From the NCBI GenBank assembly GCA_965199715.1, contig OZ241322.1, positions 1,760,001 to 1,824,000 of the forward strand: a stretch of DNA of 64,000 nucleotides. The letters run 5' to 3'. A model generated the notes under the pieces. The model ran no database searches, was not told where the DNA came from, and was given only the letters and a program-made list of their open reading frames with translations. Numbering within the stretch: the stretch's first letter is position 1; every line of letters begins with the position of its first letter. The stretch comes from Vicinamibacteria bacterium. Its GTDB lineage: Bacteria > Acidobacteriota > Vicinamibacteria > Marinacidobacterales > Marinacidobacteraceae. Of this stretch, positions 38,980 through 51,785 are shown in pieces. The position numbers and the translations under genes are program-made.

Positions 38980-40359
38980 TTGGCCAGGAGGGCTCGGTCC
39001 CGGTACGTCTGCCAGGAGTGCGGCCAGGAGCACGCCCGCTGGGCGGGATACTGCTCCGCGTGCGGCGTTCGGGAGCCTCTCGTGGAAGAGACCGCCGCCC
39101 CGACCGACGCGAAGGGCGGCTGGCGCGCGCTCCGCGACGTCCAGGGCGCTTCGGCCCCGGCGCCGTGGGACGACGTGGCCACCGTGGAGCAACCCCGCCG
39201 GGCGAGCGGCGTTCCCGAACTGGACCGGGTGCTGGGCGGGGGGATCGTGCCCGGATCCGCGGTGCTGGTGTCGGGGGAGCCGGGGGCGGGGAAGAGCACG
39301 CTCCTGCTCCAGCTCGCCGCGGCCGCGGCGAGGAACGGCGACTCCGTGCTCTACGTGAGCGGCGAGGAGTCCGAGCACCAGTTGAAGCTCCGGGGGGAAC
39401 GGCTCGGGATGCGCCCCCGGTCGCTGCTGCTGTTCTCCGAGACGAACATGGCCGCGATCCTCGAGGCGCTTCGCTCGGTCTCGCCCACGCTGGTCGTCCT
39501 CGACTCGATCCAGTGCGTCTTCCAGCCGGAGATCACGAGCGCTCCGGGGACGGTCACCCAGGTCCGCGAGTCGGCGGCGGCGCTCGTGCTCTACGCCAAG
39601 ACCCACGCGGTCCCCGTCTTCCTCGTCGGGCACGTGAACAAGGAGGGCGCCCTCGCCGGCCCCCGCACGCTCGAGCACCTGGTCGATACGGTGGCGCACT
39701 TCGAGGGCGACCGGCGGCAGTCGCACCGGCTGCTTCGGTCCATCAAGAACCGGTTCGGAGCGGCCGGGGAGCTTGGAGTCTTCGACATGACCGACCGCGG
39801 CCTCGTTCCGGTCGAGAATCCGTCGCGTCTCTTCCTTCCCGAGGATGAGACCGCCCATCCCGGCTCGGCGGTGGTGTGCACGATGGAGGGGACCCGCCCC
39901 TTGCTGGCCGAGATTCAGGCGCTCCTCGCCGACAGCCCGCTCGCGTACCCGCGGCGGGTCACCGTGGGGTTCGATTCGGGCCGGCTCGCGGTGCTCCTCG
40001 CGGTGCTCGAGAACACGATCTCGACCGGAGGCGGCCTCGCCCGGCTGGACGTGTACGTCTCGGTGACCGGCGGGCTCGCGGTCAGCGAGCCGGCGGCGGA
40101 CCTCGGCCTGCTCGCGGCGATCGTCTCGCGGCGGCAGGGGGTGGCGCTCCCGCCGCGCACGGTGCTTCTCGGGGAAGTGGGGCTCTCCGGCGAGGTCCGT
40201 CCGGTGCACCAGCCGGGGTCGCGCCTGCGCGAGGCGCGTCGGCTCGGATTCGAGGCGGCGATGCTGAACGTCTCGAACCTGCGGTCCACGGAAGTTCCGA
40301 AGGGCATGGACATCTCGCCGGTGAACGGGCTGGCCGAGACGCTGGACCGGATCCAATGA
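38980..40359 (+). CDS. radA: DNA repair protein RadA/Sms
   Basis: C..CG...W.G.C..C Zn finger, GEPGAGKST, KNRFG, EGTRP, GEVGLSGEVR. Confidence 0.96.
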   Translation: MARRARSRYVCQECGQEHARWAGYCSACGVREPLVEETAAPTDAKGGWRALRDVQGASAPAPWDDVATVEQPRRASGVPELDRVLGGGIVPGSAVLVSGEPGAGKSTLLLQLAAAAARNGDSVLYVSGEESEHQLKLRGERLGMRPRSLLLFSETNMAAILEALRSVSPTLVVLDSIQCVFQPEITSAPGTVTQVRESAAALVLYAKTHAVPVFLVGHVNKEGALAGPRTLEHLVDTVAHFEGDRRQSHRLLRSIKNRFGAAGELGVFDMTDRGLVPVENPSRLFLPEDETAHPGSAVVCTMEGTRPLLAEIQALLADSPLAYPRRVTVGFDSGRLAVLLAVLENTISTGGGLARLDVYVSVTGGLAVSEPAADLGLLAAIVSRRQGVALPPRTVLLGEVGLSGEVRPVHQPGSRLREARRLGFEAAMLNVSNLRSTEVPKGMDISPVNGLAETLDRIQ

Positions 40360-41525
40360 GCCTTCGAGTCGGCGCAGTCGTCGTCGCGGCCGGCGCGGGA
40401 ACCCGGTTCGGGGCCGAGACCCCGAAGCAATTCCTGACGCTCGCCGGCGCGCCCGTGGCCGCGCACTCGGTGCGCGCCTTCCAATCCCTTGCGGAGGTGC
40501 GCGAGATCGTCGCGGTCCTGCCGGCGGACGGATTCGACTGCTGGAAGGGGGTGGCGGCGCCGTTCCTCGAGGGCGCCCGGCTCGTTCCGGGCGGCGCCAC
40601 CCGCCAGGAGTCGGTGGGCCTCGGGGTCGCGGCGCTCGACGGGCCGTTCGACCTGATCGCGGTGCATGACGCCGCCCGGCCCGGAGCGGACCCCGACCTC
40701 ATCCGGCGCGTCTTCGCCGCGGCCGCCGAGAGCGGCGCGGCGCTCCCCGCGCTGCGCCCTCCGGACACGCTGTGGAGCGCCGACGGCGACGAGGCGCACG
40801 CGGTCGTGGACCGGGACCGGGTGCGCGCCGCGCAGACGCCGCAGTGCTTCGTTCCCGAGGTGCTTTCGGAGGCGATGGACCGGGCGCGGCGCGACGGGTT
40901 CTCCGGCAGCGACGAGGCGACCCTCGTCCGCCGCGCCGGGCGCCCGGTCCGTCTCGTCGAGGGCAGCGCGCGGAACCTGAAGGTGACGCGGCCCGAGGAT
41001 CTGGACATGATCCGCAGAGTGTTCGCGGGGAAGGAACGTCCGTCGCGCGTCGGCTCCGGCTGGGACGTGCATCGCTTCGCCGACGCCGCCGGCCCGCGCC
41101 CGCTCATGCTTGGCGGCGCGGCCTTCCCCGGGGAGCCGCCGCTCGTCGGGCATTCGGACGGGGACGCGCTGCTGCATGCGGTCACCGACGCGATCTTGGG
41201 GGCCGTGGCGGCGGGCGACATCGGCGGCCTGTTTCCGTCGTCGGACGAGGCGCTGCGGGGCGCCGCGAGCGAACGCTTCGTCCGCCGCGCGCTCGAAGTC
41301 GCCCTCGAAGCCGGCTACCGGCCGGGGCAGGCGGACCTGACCGTGATCGCGAACCGGCCGCGCCTCGCGCCCCGCGCGGCGGAGATTCGGGAGCGCATCG
41401 CAGCGCTTCTCGGCATTCCGCTGGACGCGGTCGGCCTGAAGGCCACCACGACCGACGGCTTGGGGTTCGCCGGCCGCGGCGAGGGCCTCGCCGCGCAGGC
41501 GCTCGTCCGGATGGATCCCGCGTGA
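40356..41525 (+). CDS. ispDF: Bifunctional IspD/IspF
   Basis: AAGAGTRFG..PKQF, HDAARP, QTPQ, N.KVT..EDL fused to G.G.DVH, GHSDGDALLHA.TDA, KATT. Confidence 0.93.
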   Translation: MSLRVGAVVVAAGAGTRFGAETPKQFLTLAGAPVAAHSVRAFQSLAEVREIVAVLPADGFDCWKGVAAPFLEGARLVPGGATRQESVGLGVAALDGPFDLIAVHDAARPGADPDLIRRVFAAAAESGAALPALRPPDTLWSADGDEAHAVVDRDRVRAAQTPQCFVPEVLSEAMDRARRDGFSGSDEATLVRRAGRPVRLVEGSARNLKVTRPEDLDMIRRVFAGKERPSRVGSGWDVHRFADAAGPRPLMLGGAAFPGEPPLVGHSDGDALLHAVTDAILGAVAAGDIGGLFPSSDEALRGAASERFVRRALEVALEAGYRPGQADLTVIANRPRLAPRAAEIRERIAALLGIPLDAVGLKATTTDGLGFAGRGEGLAAQALVRMDPA

Positions 41526-42301
41526 CCGACGCGGAGACGAGCTGGGTCTTCGGGCCGGCGCGGGTCGAGGAAATCCTGCAGGGCAGTTCGAGCCAGGTCC
41601 GCCGCCTGCTCGTCCGGACCGGGCGGCTGGAGCGGCGCCACGAGGTCCTGCTGAAGATCGCCCGCGCCCGCGGCGTCCCGGTGGCGCGGGTTCCGAACGA
41701 GCGGCTGGGGCGGCTCGCGGGCGCGGTCCGGCACCAGGGCGCGGGTTGCGAGGTCTCGCCGATCCGCTGGCGGACGCTGCGCGACGTGCTGGATCTCGAC
41801 CCCGCCCCCACGCTGCTTCTGGTGCTGGACCGCATCGAGGATCCGCGGAACTTCGGCGCGCTGGTGCGCGTGGCCGACGGAGCGGGCGTGGACGCCGTGC
41901 TCGCGCCGCGCCGGGGGGCCGCGCCTCCGTCCCCGGCGGCGATCTCCGCGTCGGCCGGCGCGATCGCCCGGATGCGGCTCGCCCGCGCCCCGGGGACCGC
42001 GATGGCGCTTCGGGCCTTCCGCGCCGCCGGGATCTGGACCGTGGGGCTGACCCCCAAGGCCGCCACCCCGTGGCACGCCTTCGACTGGACCCAGCGGGCG
42101 GCGCTCGTGGTCGGTTCCGAGGGGCGGGGGCAGCGCCCGGGGGTGACCGCCGAGTGCGATACGCTGCTCTCGCTGCCGCAGTTGGGCGCTGCGCGTTCGC
42201 TGAACGTGTCCGTCGCCGCCGGGATCGTCCTCTACGAGGCTCTTCGCCAGCGCTCGGCGGTTTCCGGATCGCACTTGACAGCGAAAGCCCCGTTGGCTTA
42301 A
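41522..42301 (+). CDS. rlmB: 23S rRNA (Gm2251) methyltransferase, SpoU family
   Basis: HQG, LDRIEDPRNFGA..R, GSEG.G, SLNVSVA.GI.LYE. Confidence 0.9.
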   Translation: MTDAETSWVFGPARVEEILQGSSSQVRRLLVRTGRLERRHEVLLKIARARGVPVARVPNERLGRLAGAVRHQGAGCEVSPIRWRTLRDVLDLDPAPTLLLVLDRIEDPRNFGALVRVADGAGVDAVLAPRRGAAPPSPAAISASAGAIARMRLARAPGTAMALRAFRAAGIWTVGLTPKAATPWHAFDWTQRAALVVGSEGRGQRPGVTAECDTLLSLPQLGAARSLNVSVAAGIVLYEALRQRSAVSGSHLTAKAPLA

Positions 42302-42304
42302 GAT
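42275..42304 (+). promoter_or_regulatory. Sigma70 promoter of the tRNA-tuf operon, inside the rlmB 3' end
   Basis: TTGACA-18 nt-TAAGAT followed by a GC-rich discriminator-like stretch, 20 nt before tRNA-Thr. Confidence 0.75.
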
Positions 42305-42324
42305 CACGCGTTCGCCGGTGGCAT

Positions 42325-42398
42325 GCTGGCGTAGCTCAGGCAGGCAGAGCAACTGATTTGTAATCAGTCGGTCAAGGGTTCGAATCCCTTCGCCAGCT
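42325..42398 (+). tRNA. tRNA-Thr(TGT)
   Basis: GCTGGCG/CGCCAGC, loop TT-TGT-AA, GGTTCGAATCC. Confidence 0.95.
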
Positions 42399-42470
42399 CC
42401 GATCGGTTGCGGTCGGTTCTGGTTGCGAGGAGCTGCTTCTGACTGTGGGCGAAGGGCGGGGCCCGGCAGG

Positions 42471-42556
42471 GGAGCGGTAGCGAAGCGGCCAAACGCATCA
42501 GGCTGTAAACCTGACGGCTCATGCCTTCGGAGGTTCGAATCCTCCCCGCTCCACCA
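42471..42556 (+). tRNA. tRNA-Tyr(GTA)
   Basis: GGAGCGG/CCGCTCC-ACCA, loop CT-GTA-AA, variable arm. Confidence 0.95.
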
Positions 42557-42683
42557 GCCGAAACCGCTTCCCTCCAACAGCCAGCCGCATCCCGAGCACA
42601 CTTCCCGCGCCGCCCGAAAGTCCCCAGAAAGCTCCCGAACAGCCATGACGCCGAATCCTCAGCCCGCTCCGAAGCCGCCGGCT

Positions 42684-42759
42684 GCGGGAGTAGCTCAATT
42701 GGTAGAGCATCAGCCTTCCAAGCTGGTGGTTGCGGGTTCAAGTCCCGTCTCCCGCTCCA
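42684..42759 (+). tRNA. tRNA-Gly(TCC)
   Basis: GCGGGAG/CTCCCGC-TCCA, loop CT-TCC-AA. Confidence 0.96.
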
Positions 42760-42789
42760 GTCTTCGCGTCCGGCCCCGCCGGGACGCGC

Positions 42790-42864
<75 letters not shown>

Positions 42865-42925
42865 CCCTGCTTCCCCTCCCCACCCGTGGGGAACCGATTT
42901 CCTGATTCGCAAGGAGAGATCCCAA

Positions 42926-44113
42926 TTGGCGAAAGAGAAGTTTGAGCGCACCAAGCCCCACGTGAACGTGGGGACCATTGGTCACGTGGATCACGGCAAG
43001 ACAACCCTTACCGCGGCCATCACCAAGGTCCTCGCCGCCCAGGTCGGCGGTTCGTTCCGCAGTTTCGACTCGATTGACAACGCTCCGGAAGAGCGCGAGC
43101 GCGGAATCACCATCGCCACGGCCCACGTCGAGTACGAGACCGGCGCCCGTCACTACGCGCACGTGGACTGCCCGGGTCACGCCGACTACATCAAGAACAT
43201 GATCACCGGCGCGGCGCAGATGGACGGCGCGGTGCTCCTGATCTCTGCGCCCGACGGTCCCCAGGCGCAGACCCGCGAGCACATCCTGCTGGCGCGGCAG
43301 GTGGGCGTTCCCCGCATCGTCGTCTTCCTCAACAAGGTGGACATGCTGGACGACGAGGAGCTCCTCGAGCTCGTCGAACTGGAGGTCCGGGAGCTGCTCT
43401 CCGAGTACGACTTCCCCGGCGACGACATTCCGGTCATCCGCGGAAGCGCGCTGGCGGCGCTGCAGTCCGACGGCGGCGAGGCGTGGGAGCCCATCAAGGA
43501 GCTCGCGGCGGCGCTCGACGAGTACGTGCCGATCCCGAAGCGGGCGATCGAGAAGGACTACCTCATGCCGATCGAGGACGTGTTCTCGATCTCCGGGCGC
43601 GGCACCGTGGTGACCGGCCGGATCGAGCGCGGGGTCGTGAAGGTGGGCGACGAGATCGAGGTCGTCGGGATCCGCGAGACGCGCAAGCGCATCGTGACCG
43701 GGGTCGAGATGTTCAAGAAGCTGCTCGACCGCGGCGAGGCCGGCGACAACGTCGGCGTGCTGCTGCGCGGCACCGACCGGCGCGAGGTGGAGCGCGGCAT
43801 GGTGCTCGCCAAGCCGGCGTCCATCACGCCCCACACCAAGTTCCGCGCCGAGGTGTACGTGCTCTCGGGCAAGGAAGGCGGGCGCGAGAAGCCGTTCCGC
43901 AGCGGCTACCGCCCGCAGTTCTATTTCCGCACGACCGACGTGACCGGCACCGCGACGCTCCAGGGCGACCAGGAGATCGCGATCCCCGGCGACAACGTGC
44001 AGCTCGAGGTGGACCTGATCACCCCCATCGCCATGGACCGGGGCCTGCGCTTCGCCATCCGCGAGGGCGGCCGGACCGTGGCCTCCGGGATGATCAGCGA
44101 GGTGGTCGCGTAA
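42926..44113 (+). CDS. tuf: Elongation factor Tu
   Basis: [32 protein letters not shown]; TTG start with SD AAGGAG. Confidence 0.99.
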   Translation: MAKEKFERTKPHVNVGTIGHVDHGKTTLTAAITKVLAAQVGGSFRSFDSIDNAPEERERGITIATAHVEYETGARHYAHVDCPGHADYIKNMITGAAQMDGAVLLISAPDGPQAQTREHILLARQVGVPRIVVFLNKVDMLDDEELLELVELEVRELLSEYDFPGDDIPVIRGSALAALQSDGGEAWEPIKELAAALDEYVPIPKRAIEKDYLMPIEDVFSISGRGTVVTGRIERGVVKVGDEIEVVGIRETRKRIVTGVEMFKKLLDRGEAGDNVGVLLRGTDRREVERGMVLAKPASITPHTKFRAEVYVLSGKEGGREKPFRSGYRPQFYFRTTDVTGTATLQGDQEIAIPGDNVQLEVDLITPIAMDRGLRFAIREGGRTVASGMISEVVA

Positions 44114-44182
44114 CCGCGAACGGATCGAGGCGACGCGTGAATCAGGACCGGACCGCCCGGTGGGGAAGCGAGGGTTGCGCCC

Positions 44183-44347
44183 ATGGCTCGTGACAAGAAA
44201 CGAGTGATCGTCGCGCTCGCGTGCACCGCCTGCAAGCGCCGCACGTACTCCACGACCAAGAACAAGTCCACGCATCCGGAGCGCATGGAGCTCAGCAAGT
44301 ACTGCCGCTTCTGCCGGGGGCACCACCCGCACCGGGAGTCCAAGTGA
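44183..44347 (+). CDS. rpmG: 50S ribosomal protein L33 (Zn-ribbon form)
   Basis: [16 protein letters not shown]...PERMEL.KYCRFC..H..HRE; absent from the ORF track because it is 54 aa. Confidence 0.95.
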   Translation: MARDKKRVIVALACTACKRRTYSTTKNKSTHPERMELSKYCRFCRGHHPHRESK

Positions 44348-44383
44348 ACCTCGTGCGCGGCGCGTTCGTACCTGCGGGCGGGA

Positions 44384-44459
44384 AGGCCAGTAGCTCAATC
44401 GGCAGAGCACCGGTCTCCAAAACCGGGGGTTGGGGGTTCGATCCCCTCCTGGCCTGCCA
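44384..44459 (+). tRNA. tRNA-Trp(CCA)
   Basis: AGGCCAG/CTGGCCT-GCCA, loop CT-CCA-AA. Confidence 0.96.
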
Positions 44460-44495
44460 CCCGCCGGCGCGCCGGCGCGGGACCGGAGGGGCGCG

Positions 44496-44711
44496 ATGGC
44501 GAGCCTGAGCGAGCGCGTCGCGGGTGTCCGGGAATTCCTCGGCGAGGTGCGCGGCGAGATGGAGAAGGTGACGTGGCCCACCCGCGTCGAGGTGCGGGGC
44601 ACGACCATCATCGTGCTCATCACCGTCTTCTTCTTCGGCTTCTACCTCTACGGCCTCGACGTGGTGATGTCCTACATCTCCGCGTTCGTGACCGACCTGA
44701 TCAGCGGGTGA
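44496..44711 (+). CDS. secE: Preprotein translocase subunit SecE
   Basis: FL.EVR.EM.KVTWP.R.E plus one TM helix. Confidence 0.95.
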   Translation: MASLSERVAGVREFLGEVRGEMEKVTWPTRVEVRGTTIIVLITVFFFGFYLYGLDVVMSYISAFVTDLISG

Positions 44712-44716
44712 GCGTC

Positions 44717-45244
44717 ATGGCGCATGAGTGGTTCATCGTCTCGACCCATTCCAAGTTCGAGGAGAACGTCAAGGAGACGCTTCGCCACCGGGCCAAGGCC
44801 TACGGTCTCGAGCGCAAGATCGGCGAGATCCTCATCCCCACCGAGAAGGTCGTGGAGATGAAGGGCGGGCGCCGGGTGGTCCAGACCCGTCAGGTGTACC
44901 CCGGCTACGTCCTCGTGAACATGGAGCTGAATCCGGAAACCTGGCAGGTCGTCAAGAACACCGACAAGGTCATGGGCTTCGTGCCTCCGCACCGGCCGCA
45001 GCCGATGCCGGAGGAGGACGTGGAGCGCATCCGGGAGCAGATGCAGGACGCGGGTCATTCCCCCAAGGTCCGGCACTCCTTCCAGCCGGGCGATTCGGTG
45101 CGGATCATCGACGGCCCCTTCAACGGGTTCCAGGGAATCGTGGACGAAGTCCAGCCCGAACGCAGCACGCTGAAGGTCATGGTGACCATCTTCGGACGCT
45201 CGACTCCGGTCGAACTCGAGTTTCTTCAGGTCGAGAAGACCTGA
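44717..45244 (+). CDS. nusG: Transcription termination/antitermination factor NusG
   Basis: [38 protein letters not shown]. Confidence 0.97.
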   Translation: MAHEWFIVSTHSKFEENVKETLRHRAKAYGLERKIGEILIPTEKVVEMKGGRRVVQTRQVYPGYVLVNMELNPETWQVVKNTDKVMGFVPPHRPQPMPEEDVERIREQMQDAGHSPKVRHSFQPGDSVRIIDGPFNGFQGIVDEVQPERSTLKVMVTIFGRSTPVELEFLQVEKT

Positions 45245-45256
45245 CGGCGGAGCGCA

Positions 45257-45691
45257 ATGGCCAAGAAGACGAAACCGATTCTCGCCGAGGTGAAGCTCCA
45301 GCTCGCCGGCGGCCAGGCGACTCCGTCCCCGCCGGTCGGCCCCGCGCTCGGCCAGCACGGCGTGGCGATCATGGACTTCTGCAAGGCGTTCAACGCGAAG
45401 ACGCAGAACGACCCGGGAATGATCCTGCCGTGCGTCGTCACGGTGTACAAGGACCGCTCGTTCACCTTCATAATCAAGACGCCGCCCGCCGCGGTGCTGC
45501 TGAAGAAGTTCGCCCAGGTCGCCAAGGGCTCCGGCGAGCCCAACCGGATGCGGGTGGGCCAGGTGACGGCGGCGCAGGTCGAGGAGATCGCCCGCATCAA
45601 GATGCCCGACCTGAACGCGGTGGACATCGAGGCCGCCCGTCGCATCGTCGAGGGAACCGCCCGCAGCATGGGCATCGAAGTCGAGGCGTAA
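45257..45691 (+). CDS. rplK: 50S ribosomal protein L11
   Basis: [32 protein letters not shown]. Confidence 0.98.
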   Translation: MAKKTKPILAEVKLQLAGGQATPSPPVGPALGQHGVAIMDFCKAFNAKTQNDPGMILPCVVTVYKDRSFTFIIKTPPAAVLLKKFAQVAKGSGEPNRMRVGQVTAAQVEEIARIKMPDLNAVDIEAARRIVEGTARSMGIEVEA

Positions 45692-45701
45692 GGGGAACGC
45701 A

Positions 45702-46400
45702 ATGGCCAAAGCGGGAAGCAAGTACGTGGCGGCGAAGGGCGAGCTGCACGAGTCCAGCCCCCAGAGCCTCGAGGAGGCGTTCGGCGCGATCCGGAAGGTC
45801 TCGTGGGTGAAGTTCGACGAGACCGCCGAGATCGCCATGCGGCTCGGCGTGGATCCGCGGCACGCGGACCAGATGGTCCGCGGCGCCGTCGTGCTGCCCC
45901 ACGGTCTCGGCATCGCGCGGCGGGTGATGGTCATTGCGTCCGGCGAGAAGGTGCGCGAGGCGGAGGAGGCGGGCGCGGAGCTCGCCGGCGGCGAGGACCT
46001 GGTCAAGCGCGTCCAGGAGGGCTTTCTCGACTTCGAGGCCGTGGTGGCCACACCCGACATGATGCGGCTGGTGGGCCGGCTCGGGCGCATCCTCGGTCCG
46101 AGGGGCCTCATGCCCAACCCGAAGTCGGGAACCGTGACCTTCGACGTGGCGAACGTGGTGCGTGAGATCAAGGCCGGAAAAGTCAACTTCCGGGTGGACA
46201 AGACCTCGAACCTGCACGCCCCGGTCGGCAAGTTGTCGTTCTCCGACGAGCGGCTCGCCGAGAACACCCGCGCCTTCGTCGCGGCGGTGCTGCGGGCGCG
46301 CCCGGCTGCCGCGAAGGGCCGTTACATCCGCAATGTCGCGATCAGTTCGTCGATGGGCCCCGGGCTTCGGCTGGCCCCCGCCATGGTGGGAGCGAAGTAG
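45702..46400 (+). CDS. rplA: 50S ribosomal protein L1
   Basis: KFDET, DQMVRG...LPHG.G, LGPRGLMPNPK, SSSMGPG. Confidence 0.98.
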   Translation: MAKAGSKYVAAKGELHESSPQSLEEAFGAIRKVSWVKFDETAEIAMRLGVDPRHADQMVRGAVVLPHGLGIARRVMVIASGEKVREAEEAGAELAGGEDLVKRVQEGFLDFEAVVATPDMMRLVGRLGRILGPRGLMPNPKSGTVTFDVANVVREIKAGKVNFRVDKTSNLHAPVGKLSFSDERLAENTRAFVAAVLRARPAAAKGRYIRNVAISSSMGPGLRLAPAMVGAK

Positions 46401-46402
46401 GC

Positions 46403-46936
46403 ATGCAGCGTCAGGAAAAACAGATCGCCGCGGCGCAGCTCGCGCGCGAGCTGCGCGAGGGGAGCGCGGTGTTCACGTTCGACTACCGCGGCCTGACCGT
46501 CGATGAGGTGAACGACGTGCGCCGGCGCGTGCGCGAGTCCGGAGGGGTCTATCGGGTGGTGAAGAACTCCACCGCTCGCTGGGCGCTCAAGGACGTCGGC
46601 ATCTCCGGGCTGGACGAGCACCTCTCCGGGATGACCGGCTTCGCGTGGAGCCCCGAGGATCCGATTTCCCTCGCCAAGGCGCTCCACGAGAGCGCGAAGG
46701 AGTACGAGGCGTTCCGCTTCAAGGCGGGCGTCGTCAGCGACGCGCCGATCGGTCCGGACGAATTCGAGCGGTTCGCCGCGCTGCCGGGACAGGACGCGCT
46801 GCGCGCCATGGTCGTCGGCACGATCGCGGTCCCGCTCCGCAACTTGATGAACGTCCTGGAGGGCGTTCCCCGAAAGCTCGTCCTCGTGCTGAAGGCGGCC
46901 GAACAGCAAAGGGCCGCAGGAGGAGAAGACGCCTGA
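46403..46936 (+). CDS. rplJ: 50S ribosomal protein L10
   Basis: DYRGLTV, VVKN, L.G.T, A.LP. Confidence 0.95.
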   Translation: MQRQEKQIAAAQLARELREGSAVFTFDYRGLTVDEVNDVRRRVRESGGVYRVVKNSTARWALKDVGISGLDEHLSGMTGFAWSPEDPISLAKALHESAKEYEAFRFKAGVVSDAPIGPDEFERFAALPGQDALRAMVVGTIAVPLRNLMNVLEGVPRKLVLVLKAAEQQRAAGGEDA

Positions 46937-47018
46937 GTCCCGGCGCGTCCCGCGCCGTCGGCTCGTCTCTCCGAAGTTTCCCTTTCCAAGAACCCCCAAG
47001 TAAGGAGTCTCCGTCCCA

Positions 47019-47399
47019 ATGTCCATCACGCATCAGGATGTGGTTGAGCACATCAAGGGCCTGACGGTGCTTGAGCTCTCCGAGCTGGTCAAGACCCTCG
47101 AGCAGGAACTCGGCGTCAGCGCCGCGGCGGCGACGCCGGTCGCGGCCGCCGGCGGCGACGCCGGAGGCGCGGCCCCCGCCGAGGAACAGACCGAGTTCGA
47201 CGTGATTCTGGTCGAGACCGGCCCCAAGCGGGTTCAGGTCATCAAGGCCGTCCGCGAGGTCACGAGCCTCGGCCTGCGCGAGGCCAAGGGTCTCGTCGAA
47301 GAGGCGCCGAAGCCGGTGAAGGAGGCGATTTCGATGGAAGAGGCCAAGGAAATCGCCGCCAAGTTCGAGGAGGTGGGGGCCAAGGTCGAGATCAAGTAG
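47019..47399 (+). CDS. rplL: 50S ribosomal protein L7/L12
   Basis: [10 protein letters not shown]...[19 protein letters not shown]...LGL.EAK. Confidence 0.98.
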   Translation: MSITHQDVVEHIKGLTVLELSELVKTLEQELGVSAAAATPVAAAGGDAGGAAPAEEQTEFDVILVETGPKRVQVIKAVREVTSLGLREAKGLVEEAPKPVKEAISMEEAKEIAAKFEEVGAKVEIK

Positions 47400-47560
47400 G
47401 CCGCAGTACCCACTTGGCTGCGTTCCATTCCCGATCCGACGAGGTCTCCCCATCTTCCGGCGCCCGCGCGTCCGCCAACCGGCGGAGCGCGGCGCGCCTT
47501 GTCACCCGAAGCGCTTCCGCGCCGGTTCTCCGGCGCGGCGCCCCTCGGCGGTAGCTCCCC

Positions 47561-51772
<4,212 letters not shown>

Positions 51773-51785
51773 AGGAGTCCGAAAC

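Noticed and set aside
40356-41525. IspD-IspF fusion as a novelty
   Set aside because: This is a well-known bifunctional arrangement
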